Part shown: positions 48,701 through 61,376 of the stretch, piece by piece
Layout of the letters: each line of letters opens with the position of its first letter
Numbering within the stretch: position 1 is the stretch's first letter
Assembly: GCA_002633005.1 (NCBI GenBank)
Contig: NMRA01000062.1
Coordinates: 729,981-793,980, forward strand
Length of the DNA stretch: 64,000 nt
Reading direction: 5' to 3'
From: Phoronis australis
Taxonomy: Eukaryota; Animalia; Phoronida
Position numbers and translations under genes: made by a program
Notes under the pieces: model-generated
The model's input: only the letters and a program-made list of their open reading frames with translations
Database searches by the model: none
What the model was told of the DNA's origin: nothing

Positions 48701-51700
48701 CCAAGTCCAGGTACATTACCGGAAAGACCAAATCCGCTTTCTTCTTGTTTTTTTCCCTCAATCCCGAAAGCACCGTCTTGGTCTACAGTTGGCGTGTCAA
48801 TTCCAGCAGATATTCCAAGTCCGGCTATTCCACCGGAAAGACCAAAACTGCTTTCTTCTTCATTCCCTCCTTCAATTCCGATTGCAATGTCTTTGTCCAC
48901 AGTTGGCTTGTCAATTTTACCAGATATCCCAAGTGCAGGTATATTACTGGAAAGACCAAAACCGCTTTCTTCTTGGTTTTTTCCCCCACTCCCGAATGCA
49001 CTGTCTTTGTCAACAGTTGGCGTGTCAATTTCAGCAGACATTCCAAGTCCGGCTATTCCACCGGAAAGACCAAAACCACTATCATCTTTTTTTCCTCCCT
49101 CACTCCCGATTCCGATGTCTTTGTCAACATTTGGCATGTCCGTTTTAGCAGATATTCCAAGTCCAGGTAAATTACCGAAAAGACCAAAACCGCTTTCTTC
49201 TAGGTTTCTTCCTTCACTCCCGAATGCACTGTCTTTGTCCACCGTTGGCGTGTCAATTCCAGCAGATATTCCAAGTCCTGCTATTCCACCGGAAAGACCA
49301 AAACCACTATCATCTTTATTTCCTCCCTCATTTCCGATTCCGATGTCTTCTTCAACATTTGGCATGTCCGTTTTACCAGATATTCCAAATCCAGGTACAT
49401 TACCAGAAAGACCAAAATCGCTTCCTTCTTGGTTTTTTCCCTCACTCCCGAATGCACTGTCTTTGTCGAAAGTTGGCGTGTCAATTCCAGCAGATATTCC
49501 AAGTCCGGCTATTCCACCGGAAAGACCAAACCCGATTTCCTTTACATGTCCTCCCTCACTTCCGAGTCCGACGTCTTTGTCAACATTTGGCGTGTCAATT
49601 CCAGCAGATATTCCAAGTTCGGCTATTCCACCAGAAATACCATAACTGTCTTGTTCTTCATTCGCTCCTTCACTTCCGATTGCAATGTCTTTGTCCACAC
49701 TTGGCTTGTCAATTTTCCCAGATATCCCAAGTGCAGGTATATTACTGGAAAGACCAAAACCGCTTTCTTCTTGGTTTTTTCCCCCACTCCCGAATGCACT
49801 GTCTTTGTCAACAGTTGGCGTGTCAATTTCAGCAGACATTCCAAGTCCGGCTATTCCACCGGAAAGACCAAAACCACTATCATCTTTTTTTCCTCCCTCA
49901 CTCCCGATTCCGATGTCTTTGTCAACATTTGGCATGTCCGTTTTAGCAGATATTCCAAGTCCAGGTAAATTACCGAAAAGACCAAAACCGCTTTCTTCTA
50001 GGTTTCTTCCTTCACTCCCGAATGCACTGTCTTTGTCCACCGTTGGCGTGTCAATTCCAGCAGATATTCCAAGTCCTGCTATTCCACCGGAAAGACCAAA
50101 ACCACTATCATCTTTATTTCCTCCCTCATTTCCGATTCCGATGTCTTCTTCAACATTTGGCATGTCCGTTTTACCAGATATTCCAAATCCAGGTACATTA
50201 CCAGAAAGACCAAAATCGCTTCCTTCTTGGTTTTTTCCCTCACTCCCGAATGCACTGTCTTTGTCGAAAGTTGGCGTGTCAATTCCAGCAGATATTCCAA
50301 GTCCGGCTATTCCACCGGAAAGACCAAACCCGATTTCCTTTACATGTCCTCCCTCACTTCCGAGTCCGACGTCTTTGTCAACATTTGGCGTGTCAATTCC
50401 AGCAGATATTCCAAGTTCGGCTATTCCACCAGAAATACCATAACTGTCTTGTTCTTCATTCGCTCCTTCACTTCCGATTGCAATGTCTTTGTCCACACTT
50501 GGCTTGTCAATTTTCCCAGATATCCCAAGTGCAGGTATATTACTGGAAAGACCAAAACCGCTTTCTTCTTGGTTTTTTCCCCCACTCCCGAATGCACTGT
50601 CTTTGTCAACAGTTGGCGTGTCAATTTCAGCAGACATTCCAAGTCCGGCTATTCCACCGGAAAGACCAAAACCACTATCATCTTTTTTTCCTCCCTCACT
50701 CCCGATTCCGATGTCTTTGTCAACATTTGGCATGTCCATTTTAGCAGATATTCCAAGTCCAGGTACATTACCGGAAAGACCAAAACCGCTTTCTTCTTGG
50801 TTTCTTCCCTCACTCCCGAATGCACTGTCTTTGTTCACAGTTGGCGTGTCAATTCCAGCAGATATTCCAAGTCCGGCTATTCCACCGGAAAGACCAAACC
50901 CCCTTTCCTTTGCATTTCCTCCCTCACTTCCGAGTCCCACTTCTTTGTCAACATTTGGCGTGTCAATTCCAGCAGATACTCCAAGTCCGGCTATTCCACC
51001 GGAAAGACCACAACTGCTTTCTTCTTCATTCCCTCCTTCACTTCCCATTGCAATATCTTCGTCCACAGTTGGCTTGTCAATTTTACCAGATAGTCCAAGT
51101 CCGGCATTTCCACCGGAAAGACCAATACCGCTTCCCTCAGCATTTTCTCCTTCACTTCCAATTGCGGCGTCATTGTCAACATTTGGAGTGTCAATTCCAG
51201 CCGATATTCCAAGTCCGGCTATTCCACCAGAGAGACCAAAACTGCTTTCATCTTCCTTCCTTCCTTCATTTCCGATTGCAATGTCTTTTTCGACAGTTGG
51301 CGTGTCCGTTTTACTAGATATTCCAAGTCCAGGTACATTACTGGAAAGACTAAAACCACTTTCTTCTTGGTTTCTTCCCTCACTCGCGTTTGCAAAGTCA
51401 ACCTTCGGCGTGTCAATTCCTGCAGTTATTCCTAATCCTGTTATTGCACCGGAAATACCAAAACCACTATCTTTTTCATTTCCTCCCTCACTTCCGATGT
51501 CTTTGTCAACATTTGGCATGTCCGTTTTACCAGTTATTCCTAGTCCAGGTATGTTTCCGGAAAGACCAAAACCGCTCTCTTCTTGATTTCTTCCCTCACT
51601 CCCGATTGCAACGTCTTTGTCAACGGTTGGCGTATCAATTTCAGCGTTTTCATTCGATAAGTCAACTTTCACAGACCCTTGAACACCATCGATTTGCTTG

Positions 51701-52187
51701 TCATGTGTTTTTTTGTTCAAAGCAAGATCTGGCAGGTCCAATTCAACGCCAACTGAATCAGATGTTGTGTCTTGGTAATCAGTGGATTCAGGTGAGTTGG
51801 CGGCAGGTGAATTCTCGCCCTGGACTGTTGGCAAATGCACACCATTGTCTACTAGACACTTACCATTGGTTGCTGGAATCCCAACGCTCAATGACGCACC
51901 AGTGTGGCCTTCCGCACTTGTGTTTTGTTCTAGTCTAGCTTCATCCTTTTCCGTGTTGAGTGAAAAACCTGTGGCGGCGCTATCATCCGGTAAACCGACG
52001 TCTAAAGACACCCTCTTGTCTTGTTGGTCGTGTTGTGAACCAATCCCAACATTTAAAGCGGGTAAACCGATATGTCCTGAAATAAAATTTTTGGAAGTAT
52101 ATTTATCTTCATTTTCTCTTCCATCCGTGTCTATCGTTGATACCTCTTCCTCATATGATTTTGAAGCTGATAATTTGACAGCACCAC
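42718..52187 (-). CDS. Giant 9470-bp terminal coding exon of a Gly/Asp/Ser-rich repeat protein (AHNAK/periaxin-like composition only)
   Basis: The ORF-track start at 52011 is a GTG. The frame stays open upstream to an aattttag acceptor (exon starts 52187, phase 1). Stop at 42718-42720. Confidence 0.88.
48290..51650 (-). repeat. Coding tandem repeat: about 29 units of 114 bp (38 aa) with a 798-bp (7-unit) higher-order period
   Basis: Unit is approximately ESGFGLSGGIAGLGISAGIDTPTVDKDIAIGSEGGNEE. Identical antisense ORFs at 49224 and 50022 are offset by exactly 798 bp. Confidence 0.95.
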
Positions 52188-52479
52188 CTAAAATTTTTAG
52201 GCATGTGTTTTATTTACAAGGAAGGGCAATGACCTAATTTGCGGTGCCGTCAAATTTTTGTAAATAGTAGGTTGCCTTCTTAAGACAGCGTAAATGATCG
52301 CTGCTGCCCGTCCTCTCCCATTACACCAGACTCTTTGGAGGTTTCCAAAGTCCCTGAGCTACCAGTTATGCCGGGAACTTCTCTGCAAAGTTCTGGCTCA
52401 TGTGAAGTTGTTTAGAGATTTGTATCATGGGGTGTTTTGTGGCTTATAAAAGGGTTAGGTCACGCAACATCAGTCTCAC

Positions 52480-52671
52480 CTTTTAATGCAGGACTATCTA
52501 CGCCTGCCGACGCACCTGATGAAGCTGGACAGTCTGCCTTTTCATTTGGATTAGGTGCTGTATTGTCCCCTTGTTGTACATCGGGCCCATCGACTGCAGC
52601 CGAAAAGTGAATTTGCGCTTCCGGAAGTCCAACCTGTGGAGTTTTCTCCTTGGCGTCATCATCATCATCAT
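52480..52671 (-). CDS. Internal exon of the giant repeat protein (DDDDDDAKEKTPQVGLP...DSPALK)
   Basis: ttgtttcag acceptor, gtgaga donor; 192 bp, phase 1 to phase 1, no stops, in frame with both neighbours. An alternative phase-0 acceptor would start the exon at 52696. Confidence 0.75.
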
Positions 52672-55199
52672 CTGAAACAAGATGAGAGGCAATTTGCTAA
52701 AGAGAAATATAACAGAAACGTTACGATCATAGTTTTTGAAATTGAAGCCTGTATTGCAGGCTACTAGTTTGTTTCGTTGGCGACGTTAAATGCAACTGTC
52801 ACCGCACTTTAACACGTCTTGCACTCATTTATATAGAACATATTTATTTTTGCGATTCCTTGAAACTGACGGAAACGCATGTTGTGTGCTAATGATAGGT
52901 TTTAAATTTCCAATATTTCTCCTAATCGTTGACTTGCGGGAGTAAATGTCCTACGTTAGGACNAAACACATCTACATTTCTCGGAATCATATGGGAAGGA
53001 ATCACACGCTCATCATGGCTGGTGGACTTTAGAATTCTTACACACCATTCGAAATTAGTTCCAGATTGCTACATTCATTTATTTTAGGCCTGATACAATT
53101 GTGATTCGCCGGTTATTGTTCTTGAACATGCCGTTGAATTCATACGTTTTAGATCTCCTCAAGCAAGCTTGGGCATCTGTCACGGGTGTTGTGAATCGAA
53201 CTGAGCACCGACGTTTGGAATTATTTATGACATGATTTGGTCTGAAAAATAAGTTTTAAACTCGCCAGCTGTCCACATTTCAATAACTGCTCGCCCAAAT
53301 TCCTTAATCCTGGTAATTTGATATTTCGCTGTTTCGATCTCATGCTTACGACGTGCTTTAACCATCGAGCCGATTATTGTATCCATTTCGTACTTGGGTT
53401 TTCGTATCAGGTTCCCAGCGCGTGGTGTGGCTAACAATGAACTGTTGCCCTACATTAAAGTGGACTACAATGCACCAACTTGACACTCTTCATTTACTGG
53501 CTCCACCCGTGACAAGATCTACCTATTTTAGATTATTTTTTTGGATAATTAAGTTAATTACGCACTGCAAATTCAGATGACATTGCGCTTGAATGTTGAA
53601 ATAATGGACGTGGCTAAGGGGCGTATAGGTTATATTGACCAAAAAAAACAAGTGTTCTCCTAATAATTAACCGAAGTTATTGACTCGTCCTTGAGATTTT
53701 CACGTCTCGCCACATAACCGGCTTTTTCTCGGCTTCGCCAAATCGACTTAATTTGAACTTAGGAACACTAGTTCTCAAAAACGGCTTATTAGATTTTGCT
53801 GAACCTTTCCAAACTAAATATGTATTCATCAGTCTCAAAAACGCTGTTAGGACTTTCGATATAAAGGCCTAAGATTTTGCACAATGTAGCAAAGACAAAT
53901 ACGACTTCTATTTTTTACAGTGATACCTTACGATTTGCTAGTTAATTGTCATAGAAATCAAACGAAAAGGCTAATCGTATATTCCTAACAGCGTTTTGGA
54001 GGTAACTGGTGACGTTTTCATTTAAAAAAGCTTCCTCAAAATCGATCGTGGGTTTCTTTGCCATGAATGTACCTTTATTAAACGTAGACTTTCGACTTAA
54101 AAAGTTGTTAACGTACTAATAATAATGACACATAAATACAAAACATATTCTTATATTCCCTCATCTCCTTTCGTTCAAACAATGTTCTGAGTTGGAACAG
54201 CCTATATTTTGATATACGATGGAGGCCACTAAACAAGGTGTGGGATAAGCTTAAAAAGGTTGCTTCTTGCCGTGTTGATCGGTGGTAAGTGGCTCACTGA
54301 ACAGATGTAAACCAGGTGTGCGTCAGTTGCTCTGATACGTATGCAGCAAGATACAGTAAGAATGAAAATCACTGTGGTGATGATAGAACTCAGTGCCATC
54401 CTACTTCAATTGTGTTTTTATGAATCAGCGCCTCCATGTGGTGTTAGAAAGAAGTATTAGTCTTCTTACGCGCCATATGGTCACATCACTTGTGCTATAG
54501 TTAAGTCTGAAACGACCTTTGTCCCAAACGGGACTCATCTGCTAACTGTGCAGACGCTCTAGTCCACTAAAGTATCAGGACCATCAGGCGGGACCCAAGA
54601 ACAAACTAAACTACATGTAGCTTAGAAATTGTTTAGCCTCAAGAAAATGAAATGTGGTCAGGTGTTTTTCGCCATCTTCGGAGCGAAACGCTCCGTGGTC
54701 TGTCTTTACAAATGTACCTAACACATTGAACAGGCATCAAACTTTTCCTTGATAGACGAAAGTTATAGGTGGCGGATGACGAAACTGATAATTCAGGATT
54801 CGTCTGGCGGCTGGTGCATTTTGTAGCAAAACGCGTGCGCAGGAGACAATACTTGAGAGGAGTGATTTCAAACCACAGTGATGACGACTACGACAACCGT
54901 TGACAACAGTTCATATTAGTGAGAGAAAACTTGTGACCTATGTTGAATTAGCCTTAGAAATGACAAAACATTTTCAATAATAGTAACATCAAAACATTCG
55001 GCCCGAGGACTACATAAACTACTCGACTCTGGCTTATAAGCTAATTCCACGGAAACGAAAAAATGAAGTTACACTGTACTTGTAGACGATTATTTGAGCT
55101 GAGGAAACAATTACAATAATATACCAGATGCTGTTATTCTTACGAGTTCACTATTTTCCAACACATCAAATTTTTATTCCCGAAAGTTAGTGTAACAGC

Positions 55200-55812
55200 A
55201 ATTCGTACGTACTCTAATAAATAGACCACAGTGTTGGAAGTCGACTTGGCCTGGAGACCCCGGCAGAGAATTGGAAAACTATTTCAATTTTGTTTACAAT
55301 GGTGTGCACCATTCAGGATGTCATATGTTTATTTATAATAGATTCCTTGTCACTACAAAGTTCTGATCCTCATTAAAAGGGTCTATCTCAGGTACGTTTT
55401 TCTCTATGTTGGCGTATAATTCCGCGTTTTTTCAGTGCACACCTATTTTTAAGGCTACAATTAATACTTTCAAACTTAGTATTAAAAGTGTCTGTAATTT
55501 ACTTAACCATTCTTACATCGTTCTTGTCTTAATTGACGTCATTTCCACTATTGTAAATACTCTCGCTATTTAGTGTCATCTATTTATTTCACTTCTCTTA
55601 ATTAAATTTTCATCGTCCTCGACATTTATTTATTATCTGAATTCTCAACCTGTTTTAATTGTATATTTATTACATGTATTTAATCATTGTTTTACTTATT
55701 TATTGTATTAACTTACTGTTTTATATTTTGTTGTTGAGGGCCCTCTTGGAAAGCGGTGCTATCACTGAAGAGGCCAGACTCATTTTACAATAAATGAAAA
55801 TAAAATAAAAAA
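55200..55812 (+). mobile_element. Possible decayed 3' end of a CR1/L2-type LINE
   Basis: AT-rich UTR-like stretch, stem-loop ctcttgg...gaagagg and an aataaa-rich tail; coding remnants are barely readable. Confidence 0.35.
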
Positions 55813-56036
55813 TTGACAGCTCGGCCTGCCTATTTGACCTGCAGATATCCATTTACTACGTTTGCCAACCCTACCGTGTACAGTTGCTAGGCGACAAGAG
55901 CGACTTTCGTGAAAATGGTAGATAATTTCACATCTAATTACTAACAATGAATAGCACGCGAACTATTTTCATATTACTCCTCATTGCATTGACAAGAAGA
56001 TCCTATATGATGCCTTCATAAAAACTTTAAGGTCAG

Positions 56037-56251
56037 GAGCCCGTTACATTCATTTTTGACTTAAGTCTAAGATTTGTCTCAACTTCCAAACTTTGAAACT
56101 TCCACAACCGGTAAGTTAGTCAAAATTCAGACAAAGTCAAACACTGAAGATCGCTTTCTTGAACGGACTTGAGACGAATTTAATTTTTTTCCTAATATTG
56201 GCTGGGATTTAAGATTTGTCTTGTCTATGTTAGTTTTCTTGGAACGTGCCC
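56037..56251. mobile_element. Harbinger-like MITE, family copy 2 (TSD CAG)
   Basis: cag|gagcccgtt...ggaacgtgccc|cag; shares ttcatttttgacttaagt..aagatttgtc with the copy at 2837. Confidence 0.78.
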
Positions 56252-57530
56252 CAGGATTAGAAACAGTATTCAGCCAACTGTAATTTCTCAACGATCACTT
56301 GCAATTGCATACCACAAAGGAGACAGGTTGATAAGTATAGGAACTATTGGGACAACCAATGGCGCAATAAATGTGGACCATCGCACATGAACAACTCCTA
56401 TACTAGTAAATATCTTCCACCTCTCTATCTGTTTAAACGACGTAAAGAGGGCCATTCTTCACATGCCCTTCCCTTTGGATATCTATCTTATTCAAGAATG
56501 GCTTATGCAACTCCAATTACCGGGCTTATGTGTAGTGGGAGTGCTACTCTGCTACTGGCAAGGCATGTTTACACACCTTTGTATTCACACCTGTAAGATG
56601 GTCATTATACACCACGCAAGAGTACAACTGCTCCCGAAGATGTCATGATAAGAATGTTCAACACCTTTACAACCAAAGAAATCACTGGCGTCATGTCCAG
56701 TAGACTGACTACACCGCGGCCACAATGTTATACAACGTACGAGATGATAACTGCGCTGATTATGTCGAGAGCGGTGCTATGCAAGACGATATAAACGAGG
56801 GCGGAGCCCAAGAGATTTGTTCGCATATCACGAGTCGTGGTAAACGTTGCGTGACAACGATGCGAATTTACCAAATCTGTTGCTGATGAGTCAAGCGGGG
56901 TTTTTGCAAAACAAAAACGGGTAGATGTTTCTTTTTTGAACCGGAAAACTTTTTGCATATATGAAGGAGGATACACATATGAATATCGGACGGCCATGAG
57001 CATAACAGAGTAGAAGCCGACTACCACTAGACTCCAAGACGTGCGACGTCTTTGCGGCAAGTGGTTCAAGAATTTGGAATTGCCTTTAATAGACGACACT
57101 AACCGTGGGCGTTACATTTGTCTAAAAAAATGTGCGTAAAATTGAACCACACCAATAAAATATCCGTGAAATTTAAAGGTTTTCATTACACTATATTTCC
57201 ATTTCTTGGAATTGTAAATTCTATCTGTTTTTTCCAAGTTCGCTTAGGAGTAGGACTCTTGTTCGCCGTAACAATGAGTCACTCGTTGGCCAGTAGAGGT
57301 CGCCGAAGTTACTGTCATAAACATTCATTTCGCGTATTTTAGCATGTGTTCATTCTAATTTTCGTCAGTGTTCAATTACTATCAAAGTAAAAACACTCGC
57401 GACTATTCGTGTGCTTTTTAGCTTCTTCTTAGATTTAATTTTGTTTAGTATTTAATTTTGTATTTGGCAACCAGCAGCACCAATGAGTAGATGAAAGTAT
57501 ATTGAAGCTAGGAACCTAGATTGAAGATTA

Positions 57531-57768
57531 GGGGCCCGTTGCAAGAGACTCACATGTAAGTTCATTTTTAACTTAAGTCTAAAATTTGTCTCAGCCTCCA
57601 AATTTGAAACTTCCACATACGCTGAGTTAGTCAAATTTGAGAAAAACCTAAGTAAAAAATTAAGTTTAAGTTAAAATCACTTTCTTTGAAAGGACAAATT
57701 TAAATATTACTTTAAAATTGGCTAAAATTTAATATTTGTCTTAGCTAAGACAGTTTTCTTGGAACACA
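57531..57768. mobile_element. Harbinger-like MITE, family copy 3 (3' end eroded)
   Basis: ggggcccgttgcaagagac...aagttcatttttaacttaag...ttggaac. Confidence 0.72.
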
Positions 57769-58522
57769 CTCTATACCTATAATATACATGTACCGACGAG
57801 TTTTCCGCAGCGAAATAACTATGGTAATTCCTGGTGCTAGTGCCCAAAGTTCAATGAGGAAGTAAGGCAGCTATTTTACGAGTAAAACATGGAAAATTAT
57901 TCTTCCTTGCTTCACCATTGCATAACAAGGATATTGTGCGGCCGTGTCATCACGGACGTGTGTATGCCTGTCTTTTGATTTACAAATTAATTACAAGCAT
58001 ATCTGAATGGACAAGCGATTTCAAATATATATCTATTCTCTCTAGGTGTCAGCGGTAGACAAGAGGACTTGACAGTTATTATCCTTCATAATTAGATTTT
58101 TAGCGAGGGCATATTATCAATGTAGACTTGATTAATCGTTTCTTTCGTTTAATGGTGTAATCACGAGTGACGCGTACGGTAAGTTTTGTTGTTGTCAAAT
58201 CCTTGCACATAAAGTTTTATGGATTACATGATACCACGCAATTGCACCTCGAGTAGTCCTTGCTGAACAATAGTGCTGTAGATATATTACGTAACCGTTA
58301 AATTTTAACGTGATGGGAATTTTGAGCTGCAAGCCACTCCTGACGGGATACACGACCTATTTGTATACGAATTTATTGTTCGTTAAGCCCATGGGGAAAA
58401 TACTCTTGAGTACCTAAAACTGAATAAAACGACAACAATTAACCTTAACTCGAGAATAGTTCTAAACTGTTACAAAACCTTAAAGTTGGAAAGTTGGAAA
58501 TTAAGCGAATTAATTTGCAGAA

Positions 58523-58572
58523 GTGTGTGTGGGTGTGTGTGTGTGTACGTTCGTGCGTGCGTGCGTGTGTGT
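58523..58572 (+). repeat. (GT)n/(GTGC)n microsatellite
   Basis: Direct reading. Confidence 0.85.
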
Positions 58573-58721
58573 GGGGGGGGTTAAATCATTCAGCGGATAC
58601 GATCAAAGTCTAACGATCAATTCGGTGACAAAATATCACGCGAAACTTTATACAGAGTTAAAAAATAATCGTAAGCTGCTGTTTGTTTACTTTTTCTTTT
58701 CCATGAATATCTCTGTCATTA

Positions 58722-59220
58722 GACCCTTCATATTGACTTAGCTCCGGTCTGAGCGGAGCGTCGACGTAATGAGCGCATTTAACTGGACCGTTCATACTGG
58801 TTTCGGTAGTTAATGAACATCGAAGTAAAAGGTTGGTGACGCTGTCGTCATCGAAGTTATCGCAAGGTAGCGCTGCACGCTAAGATTTTTTTCAGTGAGA
58901 CAATTTGAGAACCTTTACATGTGCTAAATGACATTAAACTTATTTTTAAATCGATTAGTTGTTAGTAGACGAAAATATAAGCAGCTATCAGTGACGACAC
59001 TACCCTGTAACTGTTGACGATAACAGTGGCACCTGGCGATAACTTCGATTGGACCGAAGCGTTCATACTGCACCGCAGCGTCGACGCTGTGCTATTAAAT
59101 CCACCTGTTAACTGCGATGTTAACTGGAGCTGTTAACTGTGATCCAGGACTGGAGTTATGCGTTCATACTGACCGCAACTCCGCAAGCCATCGACGCGTC
59201 GACGTTAGTATGAAAGGCCC
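58722..59220. mobile_element. Harbinger-like MITE with TTA TSD
   Basis: tta|gacccttcatattgac ... gttagtatgaaaggccc|tta; internal gttcatactg repeats. Confidence 0.72.
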
Positions 59221-59353
59221 TTATAGAGCGTTTCAGAAAAATGTTTATTCGACCCTGATATCATGTAGTGTCGGAAGTTTAAATAGGCTGATCGGGGTGC
59301 TTTTAGCTCTCATTAGATTTGAATTTGCAAGGCGAAGGTCCCCACATCGTGAC

Positions 59354-59485
59354 CAGGGGCGGATCCAGGACAGAATATTAACCAGGATTCTGCCGTCAGA
59401 CATTCAGACTCCGAATTGCCAAATGGAATATGGGGAGTTTTAAAGGGGGCCGTGGCCCCCTTGGCGCCCTCTAAATCCGCTAATG
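59354..59485. mobile_element. 5-bp-TSD MITE (TSD GTGAC) abutting a splice donor
   Basis: gtgac|caggggcggatcc...aaatccgctaatg|gtgac. Confidence 0.88.
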
Positions 59486-59494
59486 GTGACTCAC

Positions 59495-59552
59495 CGGAAT
59501 CGAAGCCCAGTCTGTCCTTTACTTCTTCAAACACGTTTTTGAAGAAAGCCAT
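59495..59552 (-). CDS. Probable first coding exon of the giant repeat protein (MAFFKNVFEEVKDRLGFDS)
   Basis: acaaacATGG context, gtgagt donor in phase 1 matching the next exon, and a ttgtttcag acceptor 21 nt upstream of the ATG. The peptide resembles the internal FFDxVKxRF motifs. Joined CDS is 58+192+9470 = 9720 nt = 3239 aa plus stop. Confidence 0.68.
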
Positions 59553-60714
59553 GTTTGTGAATCTTCAGTTTATCTGAAACAACCAGGAAAAAGGTATCAA
59601 CTGAAATTATCCCTCTCCACGGCCGCAGCGTGCGCCTCCGTCGTAACACGCGTTCAGCAGCCTACTTCGCCTCCCTACTGGTTCCTGTAGAGTTCACGTG
59701 AAGAACAGTTGTGGACACAACAATGTGATGATGTCCAAACAGTAACCATCTCGTAAGGCGTTTACGTAAAATGTAAGTTGGCCGTGAAGTACCCAAACTG
59801 TATGGGGAATTCACGTACGCAGAACAGGCTGGAATTACAGTAGGGGTAGAGCTCTCACGTGCGTTGCCTAGGATAAAGACTGTTCTTAATGCATTAAATT
59901 GCTTTAAAAAGTGACAATTTTCTCATTATAAACCATCCTATGTAAATGTGGAAACTTTTAAAGATACATCTTTAAAAAACGTTGTTTACTTCATGTTGTG
60001 GGTGGAGCTCTCTGTTGTTGCGCGTGATAAGACATGCAGTTTAGTAAAGGCCTCAACCGAAAGATTCGCCGCAGCTGACTTCTATTATTCCATATTGCAA
60101 TTTGGAATTAGCTAGTGCTCTGTGGAGGTTCCCTAGTTGCGACTATAAACAATGGGTGAGTGTTACTTGTTACTGAATATTAGTCAACAAGACTGCAGTA
60201 CGCTCGCTTAGTTGAACAGAAGTTAGCAGATTGGGTTCTGTATCAACGATTTTATGCGCCCACGGAAATTATGGTCGCTTATAGTCGGCATTCCATCCGT
60301 CGCCCGTGGTCCGTCGTTGTTTCCTTTGTCTCAACAACCACTTGACGATTCATGATGAAATTTGGCGTAGTTATATCAAGGAGTGTAGTGCAATAGGAGA
60401 GCTCACTTGTGAGTTTGCCGCCAAGTGGTGAATAACCAACGGTCACGTGCGAAGTGCGAGACCAAAAAGGTAGAGCGCATTAATTGCAGTGCGATAAAAT
60501 GCGCTAATTTCTCCACAAAAACCCCCCTAAAGATCCAGAAAGGTATAGACGATTTGTTATTCAATAATATGTACATATTGTCCTTCATTTTGTGTGTTCT
60601 GTTCACGGTTGGATGACATAGACAGGTTTGTTGTGTAACTTTGTTGGAATTTTTTGGGGAAAGTGAGAACTATACATTTTTGAAAACCTCATGGAATGAA
60701 AAATCAGAAAATAA

Positions 60715-61030
60715 TTGATTCCATTTTGGCAGCCATCTTGGCGGCCATCTTAGATTTTCAAAAATGGCCCCGGTAAAATGGATTTTGCCCAACATCTCCA
60801 CTTTTGGGTCACTTAGAATGTTGGTTTTTATGGGTACACCTGCATTTCTCAGGTCAAGGAATTGGAAATTTAAATTTTTGGGCGCCATCTTGGCGGCCAT
60901 CTTGCATTTTTTAAAAATGGCGCCCGGAAAATACATTTTCCTTAGTATCTTTGCTCTTGGGTCACTTAGAATGTTAGTCTTAATGGCTGCACCCACATTT
61001 TTGTGGTCAAGAAATCTGATTATTAAATGA
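60715..61030 (+). repeat. Two direct copies of an approximately 151-bp ggcggccatctt-type subterminal repeat of a DNA transposon
   Basis: ccatcttggcggccatctt...aaaaatggc.cc.gg.aaa...gggtcacttagaatgtt at 60734 and 60885. Confidence 0.75.
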
Positions 61031-61376
61031 TAAAAATAGTCAAAACCCCATTTATCAGCAGCCACACTTTCTAAATGCATTCTTCATGTAATCCGAGACA
61101 TATGATCACTATCTTACTTAGTCGGTGGGCCAGATCTCATAGCGTTCATCCTTGTGAGTACTTTGGGGGGGCAACCTAGTTTTTTCTATGTGGCTAGATA
61201 ATATACCCATAAATCAAATTCCAAAAAGTTCCCACGTCTACACTTGCACATTTTTTTTAAAAAACGTGTTTTTGTTGCACAAAATATGATGCACATTCCT
61301 GCCACTTGATGGCGCTTTTCTATTGAATTGACCAATCAGAGAGCCAGATTGTATTGTTGTGCTTAGTTACTTCAAT

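Noticed and set aside
42779-52237. Many overlapping + strand and alternative-frame ORFs (for example 46460-47719, 48368-49645, 49224-49946)
   Set aside because: Antisense or off-frame shadows of the giant repetitive exon; they recur with the 798-bp period.
53100-53437. Peptides RIKEFGRAVIEMW and KTYEFNGMF reminiscent of Polinton/Maverick polymerase-associated motifs
   Set aside because: The motifs are short, in the wrong order and without supporting neighbours; the evidence is insufficient.
54610-54717. Possible extra minus-strand exon of the giant gene (TFVKTDHGAFRSEDGEKHL...)
   Set aside because: An acceptor-like site exists but there is no convincing in-phase donor before a stop, and the model closes in frame without it.
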